From: Amphiscolops sp. MND2022
Taxonomy: Eukaryota
Assembly: GCA_964187785.1 (NCBI GenBank)
Contig: OZ076409.1
Location: 89,902,001 to 89,966,000, forward strand
Length of the DNA stretch: 64,000 nucleotides
Direction: 5' to 3'
In this document: in pieces, positions 1 to 13,981 of the stretch
How the letters are laid out: each line of letters begins with the position of its first letter
How positions within the stretch are numbered: position 1 is the stretch's first letter
Position numbers and translations under genes: made by a program
Notes under the pieces: model-generated
What the model was told of the DNA's origin: nothing
The model's input: the letters and a program-made list of their open reading frames with translations, nothing else
Database searches by the model: none

Positions 1-470
1 TATGATCGGGATGTGAGAAACAGCCAAAATTAGCCTAAAAATGGCCATTTTTCGATTTTCTCAAAAACTCTCCATACGATTCGAATGAAATTTTCTACAG
101 TCATTCTACACCATATTAAATATCTTGCTTGGATTAATACGTGTCGCACCAAAAAACATCAGCAAAAAACCAAATCGATTGGTTCGACACATTATGGAAA
201 ACAGCTGCACCGAAAAATCCAGAATAGATTCATAGAAAAATTTTCTCACCGTGCTATTCGTATTTATAATTGCTGTCAAATTTCTTTTTTAGTCGGCGCT
301 TCATGAAGTGAAACGCGACTATTATAGTGACTCTTTTTTTTCTATCCACACGAACTGGCCAAAATAGTTCTTGAAAGTTCTACAAAATATTATTGCACTA
401 AATTGCACTATTTAGTCTAGCGAACTGAACCAAAAAGGTTTTTCCTGTTTTTCCGCGTAACATACCGTAC

Positions 471-792
471 CGGGCGAGACCGAAGGCTCCCCCCTTTCAT
501 TTTTTTTCGGCACTGCGAGACTTTTTTTCGAAAAAAAAAATTTCCCCAAAGGGTCCCCCTGCATTTTTTTTGATGTTTTGCGACAGAATGGATGTTAAAA
601 AAATCCCAAAGCGTCCCCCTTTCAGTTTTTCGGCATTGTGAGACTTTAGCGCGCCACCCGGTCCATTTTTTTGAGTATGTAATTTTTTCGAAAATTTTTT
701 TTCAAAAAACTTTCGATTGTCGAGTACTGTAAAAGAATACTTGACACTTGGAAGTCTTTTTGCTATTTTTGAGCCTTGGATATGGCGCCGAC
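471..792. repeat. Short interspersed repeat with internal subrepeats
   Basis: The unit CCCCCTTTCA-T(n)-CGGCA(C/T)TG(C/T)GAGACT recurs at about 490 and 615, with a partial copy near 555. Non-coding. Confidence 0.4.
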
Positions 793-1182
793 TTGGGCCG
801 GTCCCGGCTTGTTATTTTTCTAAAAGGAAAAAGGATCCTTTAAGGGAAAATCCTTCCAAAGGATCGATGTCTAAAGCAAGGATTTTTTAAAGGATCCTTT
901 ATAGGATACTTTAAAGGAAAATAAAAAGGGACATCACTGTTTGAACAGCTTACATGTAATAAATTTGAAGGGTGGTTTGGGGTCTAAAATTTTGATATTT
1001 ATATTTTTCTGATGCTATTTTTGCTTCTAAGATGACCAAAGGGTACTGGTAGCGCTCAGAGATGATTTCTCCAAAACAATCTTCGAGATTCCAAAACCCT
1101 TCGGAACCAATTGTGTGACGGAAAAGTTACGGTAAAGTGAAGTGAACTGACTTGTAAAGTGAAGCATGCCCTTATCTAGTAA

Positions 1183-3810
1183 GAGTTCCGGGATGGCAAT
1201 TCAAACAGAATATTTGGCCTTCTTTCTAAAGATAAATTTAACGCTTTTTCTGAGAAGGTTGAAACTTTTTTCGATAACTCTTGGCGAGCTGATATTGAAA
1301 ACATCTCAGACAAGTGCTCCTTCTTGATATCTGATCTAAACTTGATCATTGATGAATTTTCAAAGATTGATACACCCAGAAGGAAATCGAATTCTCCGCC
1401 CTGGTATAACAACTATCTCAGAAATTTGATAACCAAAAGAAAAAAACTTTACTTGAAGTACACCCTCGATAGATCTAAAATATCGTATAATGGCTTTCGG
1501 TTATATAGAACAAAAGTTTTAAAAGCTATCAAAAAAGAGAAGAGAATTTACTATGATAACTAATTTAACAATTGTCTCAAGGACAAGCGGGAGTTTTTCC
1601 GTAACCTTAACAATGTCACTGGTAGAACTTATAAACATACTATAAAAAAGATGATTAGCGATGAACATGAATACGAAAAGCCTGAAGAGATTGTTGAGAA
1701 GTTCAATGAGTATTTCTCAACAATTGGACAAACAATAAATCAACAAATAGAGAATTGTACTGAAAGTTATTCGATAAATGAAACTGAATTCTCGATGTTT
1801 CTAAAATCCACCAACATTCCTGAAGTCAAGAAAGTAATCGATAACTTGAACGCTCATAAATCAGCGGGTATAGATGGAATTCCGGCAGATGTCATCAAGA
1901 ATTGTAGTGATATTTTTGCTCCTCTTCTAACAAGTTTGATCAATCTATCATTCTCTCAAGGAACATTCCCAAGCTGCTTAAAAATAGCTAGAGTTATACC
2001 TATTAGCAAAGGAAGTGATAAGACTGATATGAACAATTACCGACCAATCTCCTTACTATCTGTAGTATCCAAGGTTTTCGAGAGAATAATGTACTCTCGA
2101 ATCATAAGCTTTCTGGAAAAGTTTCACCTGCTAAATGATTCTCAATTTGGGTTTCGATCTAAGAGATCATTTGTTGATGCAATAGCACACATCGTGGAGA
2201 AAGTAAGAGAGGACCACCACAAAACCTTTTATACCTGTATTTTTCTTGACTTGAAAAAAGCTTTCGACACAGTGGATCATACACGATTACTTCAGAAAAT
2301 CTACAATATAGGTATCAGAGGAAAAGCTTTTTACTGGCTCCAATCTTACCTGCAAGGTAGAACTCAAGTAGTATCTATAAATAATTGTTCGTCTCAAGTG
2401 CGTGACATCAATTACGGAGTCCCCCAAGGATCAATTCTAGGTCCTCTGTTGTTCATAATATATATCAATGATATAATTTCTGTCTGTGATAAAATCCAGC
2501 CTACATTGTTTGCAGATGATACAAACCTTCTAATTTCTATGGAAAAAACTGCCATCACCGAATTCGCTAATGATATGGAACTGAATAGAATTGACATGTG
2601 GCTAAAAGTTAATAAATTATCTCTTAATCTCGATAAGACTCATTGTATGCCCTTTAAGAAAAAAATAGATGTGATGATTTCACTATGGGATCTGAAACGA
2701 TCAAAGTAACTAGCGCAGTCAAGTATTTGGGAGTGTGGATTGATGAGAATCTACAATTTTGCGAACATGTGGACTATCTTTTGAAAAAATTGGGTAAACA
2801 CCTCGGAGTAGTTGCTAGGTTAAGACATTTTGTGTCAAAGAACGTGTTATTCAATTATTACAACTTCTATGTGAAACCGGTCTTACAGTATGGATTGCTT
2901 ATCTATGGAGGAAATTCTTTTTCTAATTTGGACAAATTGAGTGTCTACCAACGTAAAATGATCAGATTGACCTTGTTCAAGAAACGGAATGCTAGCATAG
3001 AAACTGACATGATTAAATATAATGTACTCTCGTTGACTCAATTGTATTTCTACGACTTGATCAAATTTGCATTACGAAGCGTGAGAAAAGAACTATCTTC
3101 TGAGTTTTTAAATAATTTGTATACACGTGCCAATTCAAGAGCAACTCGAATGCAGTCCGCATGTAAATATTTGATCCCCAAAGGAAAAAACAACTGGGAC
3201 AATTTTTCTTTGAAAACCCGTGGAACTAAACTTCTAAACTTCTTGATAGATCAGAAACTTGTTCCTGATAACTTATGGGACCTCAGTCAGTACGAATTCA
3301 ATTGTGAAATCCACAAATTCAAAGATTTTTTGAAACTAATCCCCGATGAAAACCTACGTATGATCTTGAAGTGAAATACGTCGAAATAGTTTAATCTTTA
3401 TTGTTTGAAGTGCTTCTTTATAACACATCCTAACTTATGTTTGAACCCCTGAGTGTATATATGATTCTGAGGCATATCGTTAAATATGAATAACTTCCTT
3501 GTTTAATTCCCAATCGATGTCAACCATGGAGTGTGAAGTACTCCACTTGCTTCTGCCACCTGATGCAAAAAATCCCGCGTTAGAGTTCTTGGGGGTCTAT
3601 ATCTTTGCTCCCCGTGAGCATCGAAGACTCCTGGGCCAGTAAAGTCGGGCATCAGGTGTGCAAAAGCCGCTAAAAAAAACTAGCACAGCAAGGGTCTGAG
3701 ATACGAGTTTTCAACAATTTGTTTTCAGTTTCTGTACTCTTATGATCTTCGAATTGCTCTACGGTCTCCCTTCAAACGCGGAAGTGGACTGAAATAAGGT
3801 AACCCTAACC
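1183..3810 (+). mobile_element. 5'-truncated, decayed non-LTR retrotransposon (LINE, CR1/L2-like ORF2)
   Basis: RT motifs NYRPISLL, QFGFR, FLDLKKAFDTVDH, GVPQGSILGPLLF, LFADDT and KYLGVWID. In-frame stop at 1561 and frameshift near 2690. No endonuclease domain. A 3' UTR ends in GAAATAAGGTAACCCTAACC. Confidence 0.9.
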
Positions 3811-4891
3811 AGGAACTCAAAATCGTCTATATAGCCTTTTTAAAATGTAAATTTTCTCCATAAATTCCATTTAATTTCTTATTTAGTGAAACTAACATAC
3901 TAAAATTAATTACAAAAACTCCGAAACTTGAAATACGGGATCCAGCTTAGATGGCATGAACTTGCCTTTCTGGTTCCCCTCCAACACCAGCTACTCTCTG
4001 GCTACTAGTGATTCAATCTATATTAATTGGTGATTGGAGAAACGTTAAATAATAAATAATAATAAAAAATTTTGACGTTGCACGAGATCCATTGAAATCC
4101 CTGATTACCATTAACCATCCGGAGTTATGGAACTTTTGTTGTTAAAGGTTAGGACAGAAACTGGTTATATTATACTTGAATTAAGTATTACAAATAGTTC
4201 CATTTTCACTACAGTCAAGCCCCACATTCAATCCACTCATTCTGGTAAAATTCTGATCATACGAAGGAAGACGACGTCAAAAATTAGCAAGCAGTGAGTT
4301 TTTAAATACTTTTATACGTTATGTGAACAAAAATTTTCTTTTAAAAACTAAGAGGATACGGTTTTTGACAAGCTAAAGAGTCGGAGCAATCCTTACACTT
4401 TTTCCGGCAATTTTTAACCATGCAGTTTCCAAATAAGAAAATTGAGGGGCAAATTGGTGAAAGCATCTTTTTGATCTGGAAAGACGTTTTATCAGAAAAA
4501 GGAAATAATACAACTCATATTGAAAAGTTACAGAAATTTGACACTGTCTAGATATGCCTAAAAAAAGACTTACCCGCGCAAATCGTTCAAAGAAGGCGTA
4601 TAATGGCGGATAATACGAAGGGGGACCGTATCAACTGAGACATGTTTTTTTCTAGATGACTTGAAAAGCTCAAAACACTAAGGTGAAACACTTCCAGAAA
4701 AAAAACATTTTCATGAAAAATTATTCAGAAAAAGTCAAGAAAAGTGGGCCTCTGGTCTCATTCAATTTCTATTTCGAAGTCAAGTAAAGCCTTTTTAAGT
4801 CCCTGGATGGACGCTATAACTCAAAGTTGGACTTCAATTTTCAAAACAACTAACTTTTAAAAAATTTACTTTTGATGTTCATGGAATTTTG

Positions 4892-6388
4892 TGTCGTAAC
4901 CGTCATCATCACTTTGTTCGAAGTCTACTAGATTCTCCCTATGGTGATTATTCTGGTTACTCGAAGTTGCGATTAGTTTAGGGAAGTTCTCACTTGAGTC
5001 CTGGACCTGTTGGCAAAGTTTACTCTTATGCCGTCCATGTGACTCAAGGTCCGAATTTTGGGTCATTTGGATGTTTCTATCTGGATGCCGTCCATCTGAC
5101 CGAAGGTCCCATTTTGCATTTTTTGTCTTTCTTTTGTTCACAATTACATTTTCAATACTAGGAAGTATCTTTTCATCAATGGCTGAGTTTATTACTTCCA
5201 AAATATGAGAATTTAAATCAGACTTCATCTCTTCCAATTTTCTCGACATTTGTGAAAAAATTTCTGAACTAATTGCTCTACTAGTTTCTACTGTGATTTC
5301 ACTATTCTCGCTCAAGTTAGTATTCAAAAGAGACCTATAGTTGCTTTCTTCTTGGTCAATACCTTGTTGCCGTCTACTTGATTCAGGGTCAATTTCTATT
5401 TGATCTACAATATCTCTGTCTCGAATATCACTGTTTGCATAATTCCCTAGCATCACATCTAAGTTTTCAATATCCGACATTACGTCAGATTGTCTTGAGC
5501 GTTTCTCTTTCGCTTTTTGCTTTCTGGTTGAAGGCATATCAAAAGGAAATCTAGTTCAATAATAGATTGTCAAATGAAGAGTTGTAACAGAATTGCTTGT
5601 ATAGAGCTTGCGGTATATCAAAATGAATGAATGATTGCAATTGACCTTCCGTATATATACTCCTACCCGCATGACACTCAATAGTTAGGGTGTCATGGGG
5701 TAAAAATAGTAATGACATCACTATTACATCATAATTCTAAATATAGCAACTAACATTACATGTGACCACACGTCATAGGTTCTATAAATAGGAACAACAC
5801 GTGAGTTATTAATTGGCGTATATAAGCGGTAACTTTCATGCAACAACTGGATTATTATTACATGCACTTAACAAATTGGACCTAACGTCCGCATGACGGC
5901 ATTGAAACATAACTAAGTGTAGCGCCGTGATTGGTTAAAAGTGAAGTGACTACGCGTCAACTAGACGGCAGCAGCGTACTAGATGAACGCGTTTCCATTC
6001 ACTTGTATAGTTGTCTTGCCTTTTACTATTATTATCAACGTCAATCAAATTATTAAAATATACTGCATTTCCGCACCTTTTGGTACTAGTTCACACTGTT
6101 GTTATTAATGCAATGTATCAATTAATTTACATAAGACGGTAATACAAAATAAATACTAATGCCGTCAAAATGACCTTGAGTCACATAAGTAGCACTTCTG
6201 GTGTACCTGTAAGGATTATCAAAAGTGAATCACTTAAACTAAATGGCATGGAGTTATTGTTTTTGCTAAATAGTAAAAGTATTGGGGTGTTTCTTCTCAA
6301 ATAGGTAAGATCCCCGGTCCGGGGTTAGTATTGTCGTCTTCGGGTCCCACTCGGTACATTATACCGTCGCAGGCGGCCGCCTCCGACA
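4892..6388 (-). repeat. 3' LTR
   Basis: About 99% identical to 24764-26260 (roughly 15 substitutions counted by eye). TG..CA ends. Contains a truncated copy of the gag 5' end (ORF 4866-5537). Confidence 0.95.
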
Positions 6389-7124
6389 CTCCCCGGGGGA
6401 TGACAATGAAAGATCCTGCTTTCAGTCCAGCTTCGAAAGCTCGTCGTCGTGATTGTCGCTGGTCATAGGTTTCGCCCGGAAGGTGGGTGCTCTCTAAATA
6501 TCCAAGTGTCACTTCCTCTTTTATCGCCTGAAATGATTTCCCGCAGACAACGCAACCCCTGTAGAGCACGTCATTAGGTTGTCCGCATAGTCCGCTAGCA
6601 CTGATGCCCAGGCCAGTAATGTGCTGGTTCCTAGCCCATTGCGGTTCCGCTTGGGCCTCACATTCGTTGTCTCTCAGTGCGTAGTTGGGAAATTGGTCAA
6701 CCAGTGGCGGCGACATTGGTGAGTATGACACCGGGTCAATCTGACTGCATCGCGCTATAGGGTGCTGTTGGGGCTGCAATCCGGAGTAGGTCGATGGTGG
6801 GCTTCCGACGAACCATTCTATTAAGTCTGCTGACGGTTCCGTGAAGTAACTTTCTGAGGCGGTTTCCGCTGTTTCCGGCAGACTTAAATAACCAAGACAG
6901 GCAGATAAGTCCGAAGTCATGGCTCTGCCCGCTGCCAATTGTGGCGGGAATTCCCGGTTTTCAGAGTAGCAGGCGATCACCTGGATGTCGTCGTCGTCGC
7001 TATCCTGAGGGGCCGTGTCATGTGCTGAGTAAACTGCGTCTACCTCCATGTCTTCATCAGAGGAACGATAAGAGAGACTCACTAATGGTCCATTGATGCC
7101 TTCGGCGTTAAACTGTAAAGACAT
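6297..7124 (-). CDS. Accessory ORF of the LTR element, 275 aa, unknown function
   Basis: Intact ATG ORF, same strand as gag-pol. Acidic N-terminus and a CxxC (GCVVCG). The last ~30 codons lie inside the LTR. Confidence 0.7.
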   Translation of the reverse strand: MSLQFNAEGINGPLVSLSYRSSDEDMEVDAVYSAHDTAPQDSDDDDIQVIACYSENREFPPQLAAGRAMTSDLSACLGYLSLPETAETASESYFTEPSADLIEWFVGSPPSTYSGLQPQQHPIARCSQIDPVSYSPMSPPLVDQFPNYALRDNECEAQAEPQWARNQHITGLGISASGLCGQPNDVLYRGCVVCGKSFQAIKEEVTLGYLESTHLPGETYDQRQSRRRAFEAGLKAGSFIVIPRGVSEAAACDGIMYRVGPEDDNTNPGPGILPI

Positions 7125-7782
7125 TTCCTCAGTATAACGCGATAGAAATAGTTTTCTTGCAATTTTGAGTGATTCAGGGATAATGAACTGATTTCAAAGT
7201 TGTTAGGGCGTTGAATGAATTTTTGCCGTCCGAGTGACCTTAGGTCAGCTCTCGGATTTGGCGGGGGTAATAGTAGGAAACTATTCCCGCTATAATTTTC
7301 TGAAACTTCCTTATTTAGGTTTCGTGCCTTCATTGGGGTTGACAAATCCTATTCTGTTGTTATGATATTAAAATTTTAATTGCCACTTGAAGGGAGTTTG
7401 CTTACTCCTTCAAAGGAGTTACTTAACAATTTAAGTGTTGTGTCTCTTAATTCTCTGTCAACAATCAACTTGAAAGACCGTTGGTCCGTGCGACGGCAAT
7501 GATGATGACAGCCAATCAGGTGATGCTCATCTGAATGAAGAAATATGTTGAATAATTTTCTGAGCATGAAATGAAATAATTAATCTGATGCGATTTTAGG
7601 GAAGAACAATGAAATAAAATGACAGGGAAGTCCATGAACATTTCACTGGCAGGTTCCATATCATGGATTAGTAATGAGGAAATCTAATTAGTACAGATGA
7701 GGAGATGGTAACAAGAGAACGTTTTATATGTAGCCACGACGTCCAGTTGGTAAGAATAACAACAGTCATAATATTACTAACA

Positions 7783-7785
7783 ATA

Positions 7786-7850
<65 letters not shown>
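7783..7850. repeat. (AAT)n microsatellite
   Basis: Direct reading. Further tracts at about 10479-10543 and 13171-13187. Confidence 0.95.
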
Positions 7851-7852
<2 letters not shown>

Positions 7853-10476
7853 TTATTTCTTCTATGGCATTAACGACCGAGAATTTTGGAACCATAGAGA
7901 GTCCGCGAGCCGATTTACCCTTGGCCATAGGTGGTTTTGGACATTTGCTTTTATAGGAATTTTCCACGATAGCGGCAGTATTACCAATTTAACTACCTAC
8001 CAAAATTAAGAGTGCATGCATATGCGCAGCTCGCTGCTATCAGCGTAACAAAGGAATAACCATTACGTAATTATACACTCTATGGCATGTGACGTCATAA
8101 GTATTCAGGCCAGGATTATTCGTTCAATGGGGTTCTGATGTCATTTCAATACTTTGTAGAATTGTTTTTATTGTTCTGATCACATAACAGTTGTATATTT
8201 AAACTTCTTCAAGCGATTTGAAACAAATTTGATCAAAATAGTGATTCGACCATAATTACTCACAACACCAACATCAATTTCAATAGGACTTCCCATGGCA
8301 AAAGCGCTTAGATTGGTGTGCTGATGACAAAACTGGGACTAAAATCGTTAACGAAGAGGGTTCAGATGACACCTTTTATCCCATTGAGTTGAACGTTGGA
8401 ATGACTTTCCGTTCGATACCACCAATTATTTCCACAAAGCAAGCAAACGAATAAAATTCAACCTCAAAAACTTAATATCGAAATCGTGAGGAAAGACCTA
8501 AAAAGGAAAAATTGTTTTTGTTCTCAGAATCCGGAACAAATCCTAAAAAACAATCATTGAAAATGATTTCCCACAACTCAGTGAGACCCTGTTCAAAAAA
8601 CCAGACTGATCGACTGGCTCAAAATGAAGTATTGTCACTTTATGACTTTTATTATGATCAATTTTTTATCAGACTTCCAGTGGCATAAGCAACAAATCTG
8701 AGCAAACTTTGACCCCCGATTTCTATAAACTGTCGCAAACAAACTATTGAACGAACGCTGTGATAAATTTCTCAAATCAGGAGCTTCATTATACTACATC
8801 AATGGGGCTTTTATTTTCTCGAAATGTTGGAAAATAATCACATTTCGGTTTTTGTGCTGATCAATTTTTATTAGACACACTGTGGCAGTAGCTGCGGTTG
8901 ATTTCTAGAAACTGTCGCAAGCAAACTACTGATAGAACGCTGTGATAAATTTCCCAATTGAGGAGCTTCATTATACTACATCATTGGCGCTTTTATTTTC
9001 TCGAATTGTTAGGAAAAATCAGTTTTTCGGTTTTTGTGCTGATCAATATTTATGAGACACACAGTGGCATTAGCTACAAATCTGAAGATACTTTGACGGT
9101 TGATTTCTCGAAACTATCGCAAGCAAACTACTGATTAGAAAGCTGTGATAAATTCCTCAATTAGGGAGTTTTATTATATACATCATTGACGCTTTTATTT
9201 GCTCGAACTAGCTGGAATACATCAGCAGTTTGGTGTTTATGCCGAAATTATATAGTCCAAAATTTCACAAAAAACGTCGTTATATTACTTTTGTCAACTC
9301 GGGAAAGTGTGTTTTTTTGCAGAAACGCGTCAGATATGCATCTGAGACAACAAACATTCATCTCGAAGCGCCTCAATAGATCTGCAGCCTATTGTTTTGT
9401 TGTCAAAGAATTCTGAGGAGAACCAAGACATTTTCAATAGAAATAAAAAAAAAGACGAAAAAAGCTGAAAACATAGACTTAAATCAAAAACGAACTTCTA
9501 GAGCTGTGGCAACTGACTTAGACACCGTGTATCAACCTCCCCATGCAACGAAATTACCCAATATCGTCGAAACGAGACTGAAATCGCAAAATGAACTAGA
9601 AGATAAGTTTGGTCACTTTGCGCAAAAAAGAATGAAATTCATCAAAAAACTCGATACTCGTTCTCGAAAACTCAAAAAATCAGGTTGGGGAATTATTGCG
9701 TTATTGAAATTTGAACTCACAAAAGCAGACAATAGAGATAAAATGTCAATTTTTGGCTCAATTGAAAATATTGAAGTTCAACTTTTTATAAACAATTTCT
9801 TTGAAGCTATTGTTGGCTTTGTCAGTTACGAAGTTTGAAACAGTTTAGTTATAATTTGGGCAGAATTATATTTGGCTATAATAATTTGTAGCTATCGCTG
9901 AAGTTTCAGCTATCAATTTGAAAGTAAAAGATGATTTGAGTAGTTGGAAACTCATCACCTTTGCCAACAAAATTCCAATAGTAACTTCAATTTACCCAAC
10001 GGAAGTCTTATAATAAACCTAAATTCAATTTTCTACACTGAGAGTCTAATAATATTTGTAGATGCATATCAAGCTTGTAAGGCCACCACACGATCGGAAT
10101 AGTGTTGAGAGAAGTTGCTTTCAACGATATATCGATTAGCCAATGAGAGTTTAGTTCGATTTTGTGTTCCCATTTTGTTTACAATTCGCGTCCGACAGTT
10201 CCGCTTGCTAGACATAGCGAGTCTGATAGTTCACAAAAGGTACATCGAAAATGTTTGGGCGTCTGAAAACCGTTTTAAAACGTCATGACTCGAACAGAAA
10301 AATATGAAAAGTTGTTCTTGCTATTGGTGAAAGCGTTTTTGGGCTTTTGTAGTAATTAATTATTGCTTCTTTGCAGTATTTGACTTCATCGAAAATTCGC
10401 TGGAACCACAGAGAGTATTTGTGGTGCTATTGAGAGTAGTATAATTATCGATTTTTTGCCATAGAGAGTAGTATAA

Positions 10477-10545
<69 letters not shown>

Positions 10546-13172
10546 TTATTTCTTCTATGGCATTAACGACCGAGAATTTTGGAACCATAGAGAGTCCGCG
10601 AGCCGATTTACCCTTGGCCATAGGTGGTTTTGGACATTTGCTTTTATAGGAATTTTCCACGATAGCGGCAGTATTACCAATTTAACTACCTACCAAAATT
10701 AAGAGTGCATGCATATGCGCAGCTCGCTGCTATCAGCGTAACAAAGGAATAACCATTACGTAATTATACACTCTATGGCATGTGACGTCATAAGTATTCA
10801 GGCCAGGATTATTCGTTCAATGGGGTTCTGATGTCATTTCAATACTTTGTAGAATTGTTTTTATTGTTCTGATCACATAACAGTTGTATATTTAAACTTC
10901 TTCAAGCGTTTTGAAACAAATTTGATCAAAATAGTGATTCGACCATAATTACTCACAACACCAACATCAATTTCAATAGGACTTCCCATGGCAAAAGCGC
11001 TTAGATTGGTGTGCTGATGACAAAACTGGGACTAAAATCGTTAACGAAGAGGGTTCAGATGACACCTTTTATCCCATTGAGTTGAACGTTGGAATGACTT
11101 TCCGTTCGATACCACCAATTATTTCCACAAAGCAAGCAAACGAATAAAATTCAACCTCAAAAACTTAATATCGAAATCGTGAGGAAAGACCTAAAAAGGA
11201 AAAATTGTTTTTGTTCTCAGAATCCGGAACAAATCCTAAAAAACAATCATTCAAAATGATTTCCCACAACTCAGTGAGACCCTGTTCAAAAAACCAGACT
11301 GATCGACTGGCTCGAAATGAAGTATTGTCACTTTATGACTTTTATTATGATCAATTTTTTATCAGACTTCCAGTGGCATAAGCAACAAATCTGAGCAAAC
11401 TTTGACCCCCGATTTCTATAAACTGTCGCAAACAAACTATTGAACGAACGCTGTGATAAATTTCTCAAATCAGGAGCTTCATTATACTACATCAATGGGG
11501 CTTTTATTTTCTCGAAATGTTGGAAAATAATCACATTTCGGTTTTTGTGCTGATCAATTTTTATTAGACACACTGTGGCAGTAGCTGCGATTGATTTCTA
11601 GAAACTGTCGCAAGCAAACTACTGATAGAACGCTGTGATAAATTTCCCAATTGAGGAGCTTCATTATACTACATCATTGGCGCTTTTATTTTCTCGAATT
11701 GTTAGGAAAAATCAGTTTTTCGGTTTTTGTGCTGATCAATATTTATGAGACACACAGTGGCATTAGCTACAAATCTGAAGATACTTTGACGGTTGATTTC
11801 TCGAAACTGTCGCAAGCAAACTACTGATTAGAAAGCTGTGATAAATTCCTCAATTAGGGAGTTTTATTATATACATCATTGACGCTTTTATTTGCTCGAA
11901 CTAGCTGGAATACATCAGCAGTTTGGTGTTTATGCCGAAATTATTTAGTCCAAAATTTCACAAAAAACGTCGTTATATTACTTTTGTCAACTCGGGAAAG
12001 TGTGTTTTTTTGCAGAAACGCGTCAGATATGCATCTGAGACAACAAACATTCATCTCGAAGCGCCTCAATAGATCTGCAGCCTATTGTTTTGTTGTCAAA
12101 GAATTCTGAGGAGAACCAAGACATTTTCAATAGAAATAAAAAAAAGACGAAAAAAGCTGAAAACATAGACTTAAATCAAAAACGAACTTCTAGAGCTGTG
12201 GCAACTGACTTAGACACCGTGTATCAACCTCCCCATGCAACGAAATTACCCAATATCGTCGAAACGAGACTGAAATCGCAAAATGAACTAGAAGATAAGT
12301 TTGGTCACTTTGCGCAAAAAAGAATGAAATTCATCAAAAAACTCGATACTCGTTCTCGAAAACTCAAAAAATCAGGTTGGGGAATTATTGCGTTATTGAA
12401 ATTTGAACTCACAAAAGCAGACAATAGAGATAAAATGTCAATTTTTGGCTCAATTGAAAATATTGAAGTTCAACTTTTTATAAACAATTTCTTTGAAGCT
12501 ATTGTTGGCTTTGTCAGTTACGAAGTTTGAAACAGTTTAGTTATAATTTGGGCAGAATTATGTTTGGCTATAATAATTTGTAGCTATCGCTGAAGTTTCA
12601 GCTATCAATTTGAAAGTAAAAGATGATTTGAGTAGTTGGAAACTCATCACCTTTGCCAACAAAATTCCAATAGTAACTTCAATTTACCCAACGGAAGTCT
12701 TATAATAAACCTAAGTTCAATTTTCTACACTGAGAGTCTAATAATATTTGTAGATGCATATCAAGCTTGTACGGCCACCACACGATCGGAATAGTGTTGA
12801 GAGAAGTTGCTTTCAACGATATATCGATTAGCCAATGAGAGTTTAGTTCGATTTTGTGTTCCCATTTTGTTTACAATTCGCGTCCGACAGTTCCGCTTGC
12901 TAGACATAGCGAGTCTGATAGTTCACAAAAGGTACATCGAAAATGTTTGGGCGTCTGAAAACCGTTTTAAAACGTCATGACTCGAACAGAAAAATATGAA
13001 AAGTTGTTCTTGCTATTGGTGAAAGCGTTTTTGGGCTTTTGTAGTAATTAATTATTGCTTCTTTGCAGTATTTGACTTCATCGAAAATTCGCTGGAACCA
13101 CAGAGAGTATTTGTGGTGCTATTGAGAGTAGTATAATTATCGATTTTTTGCCATAGAGAGTAGTATAAATAT
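7848..13172. repeat. Tandem duplication of a ~2.69-kb non-coding unit bounded by (AAT)n
   Basis: 7848-10480 and 10541-13172 differ at only about 10 positions. Each unit contains three ~180-bp subrepeats (about 8650-9230) and has TCTATGGCA / TGCCATAGA inverted motifs near its ends. Confidence 0.9.
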
Positions 13173-13981
13173 AATAATAATAATAATGAACAAAATAGAG
13201 TAATAAAAGACTAAGTTGTGGCGTTAACTTGACAGTACGAATTAGTAATTAGTCAGTAGGGTGATAAAGAGTATTGGAAGTTGAATAAGAGTACATTTGG
13301 TAACAATTAATGCCTTGCCGTCATGATGACTCATCGTCCAACGCATAAGTACTGGTCGAATATTACTTGATTGTGAACTAGTAATACACTGCCGTCAGGC
13401 TGACGTTACGTCCACAACTTTAAACTTTGCTTTAGAGACTGATTCCTTCATCATTTGTTTTCTCGAGTAGTATCACTTGAGCTAGACTGCATTACTTTGT
13501 GATCAGGCTAGTCTCTCTGACTTTGAGGTACATCTTGATAAAGTTGTTATTTTCGTCCTTCCATCCCATCTACCATATTCATCAATTAACCGTCGTTATA
13601 ATTCAAATTCCTAACTTTTCATTCAGCTTCGTTACCTATTGGATATTCCGAAAGTCTAGTGTTACACACAGATTGCAGACGTACAGTCTATTCAGGCCAT
13701 CCCAACACCATTTAGCTGATACATCATCCAAAGCAATACTTTGGACACAATAGCGGAATCTGTTCATCAGTTCAACAGCCATTTCCAACTTCCGGGTCAC
13801 ATCAATTTTGTTAAACGACTATGGATTCAACAACAGGTTGGTTCTTTCATTTTGTTAAAACTAGGCTTGATCAGGGCTCGTAATTTTAACTAAAGTACTT
13901 CCTCCATCGTGAAATGTTTTGCTGTCAGCATGAACATCGTGTCGAATGAACTTCCGGAAGAATTTGATTTGAAGCGGTAAG

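Noticed and set aside
4866..5537. Independent gene or second retroelement
   Set aside because: It is the gag 5' end duplicated as part of the 3' LTR.
7668..10660. Poly-Ile and poly-Leu ORFs
   Set aside because: These are translations of (AAT)n microsatellites.
9392..12530. 146-148 aa ORFs in the duplicated unit
   Set aside because: No ATG start or recognisable motif, and the frame differs between copies at an A run.
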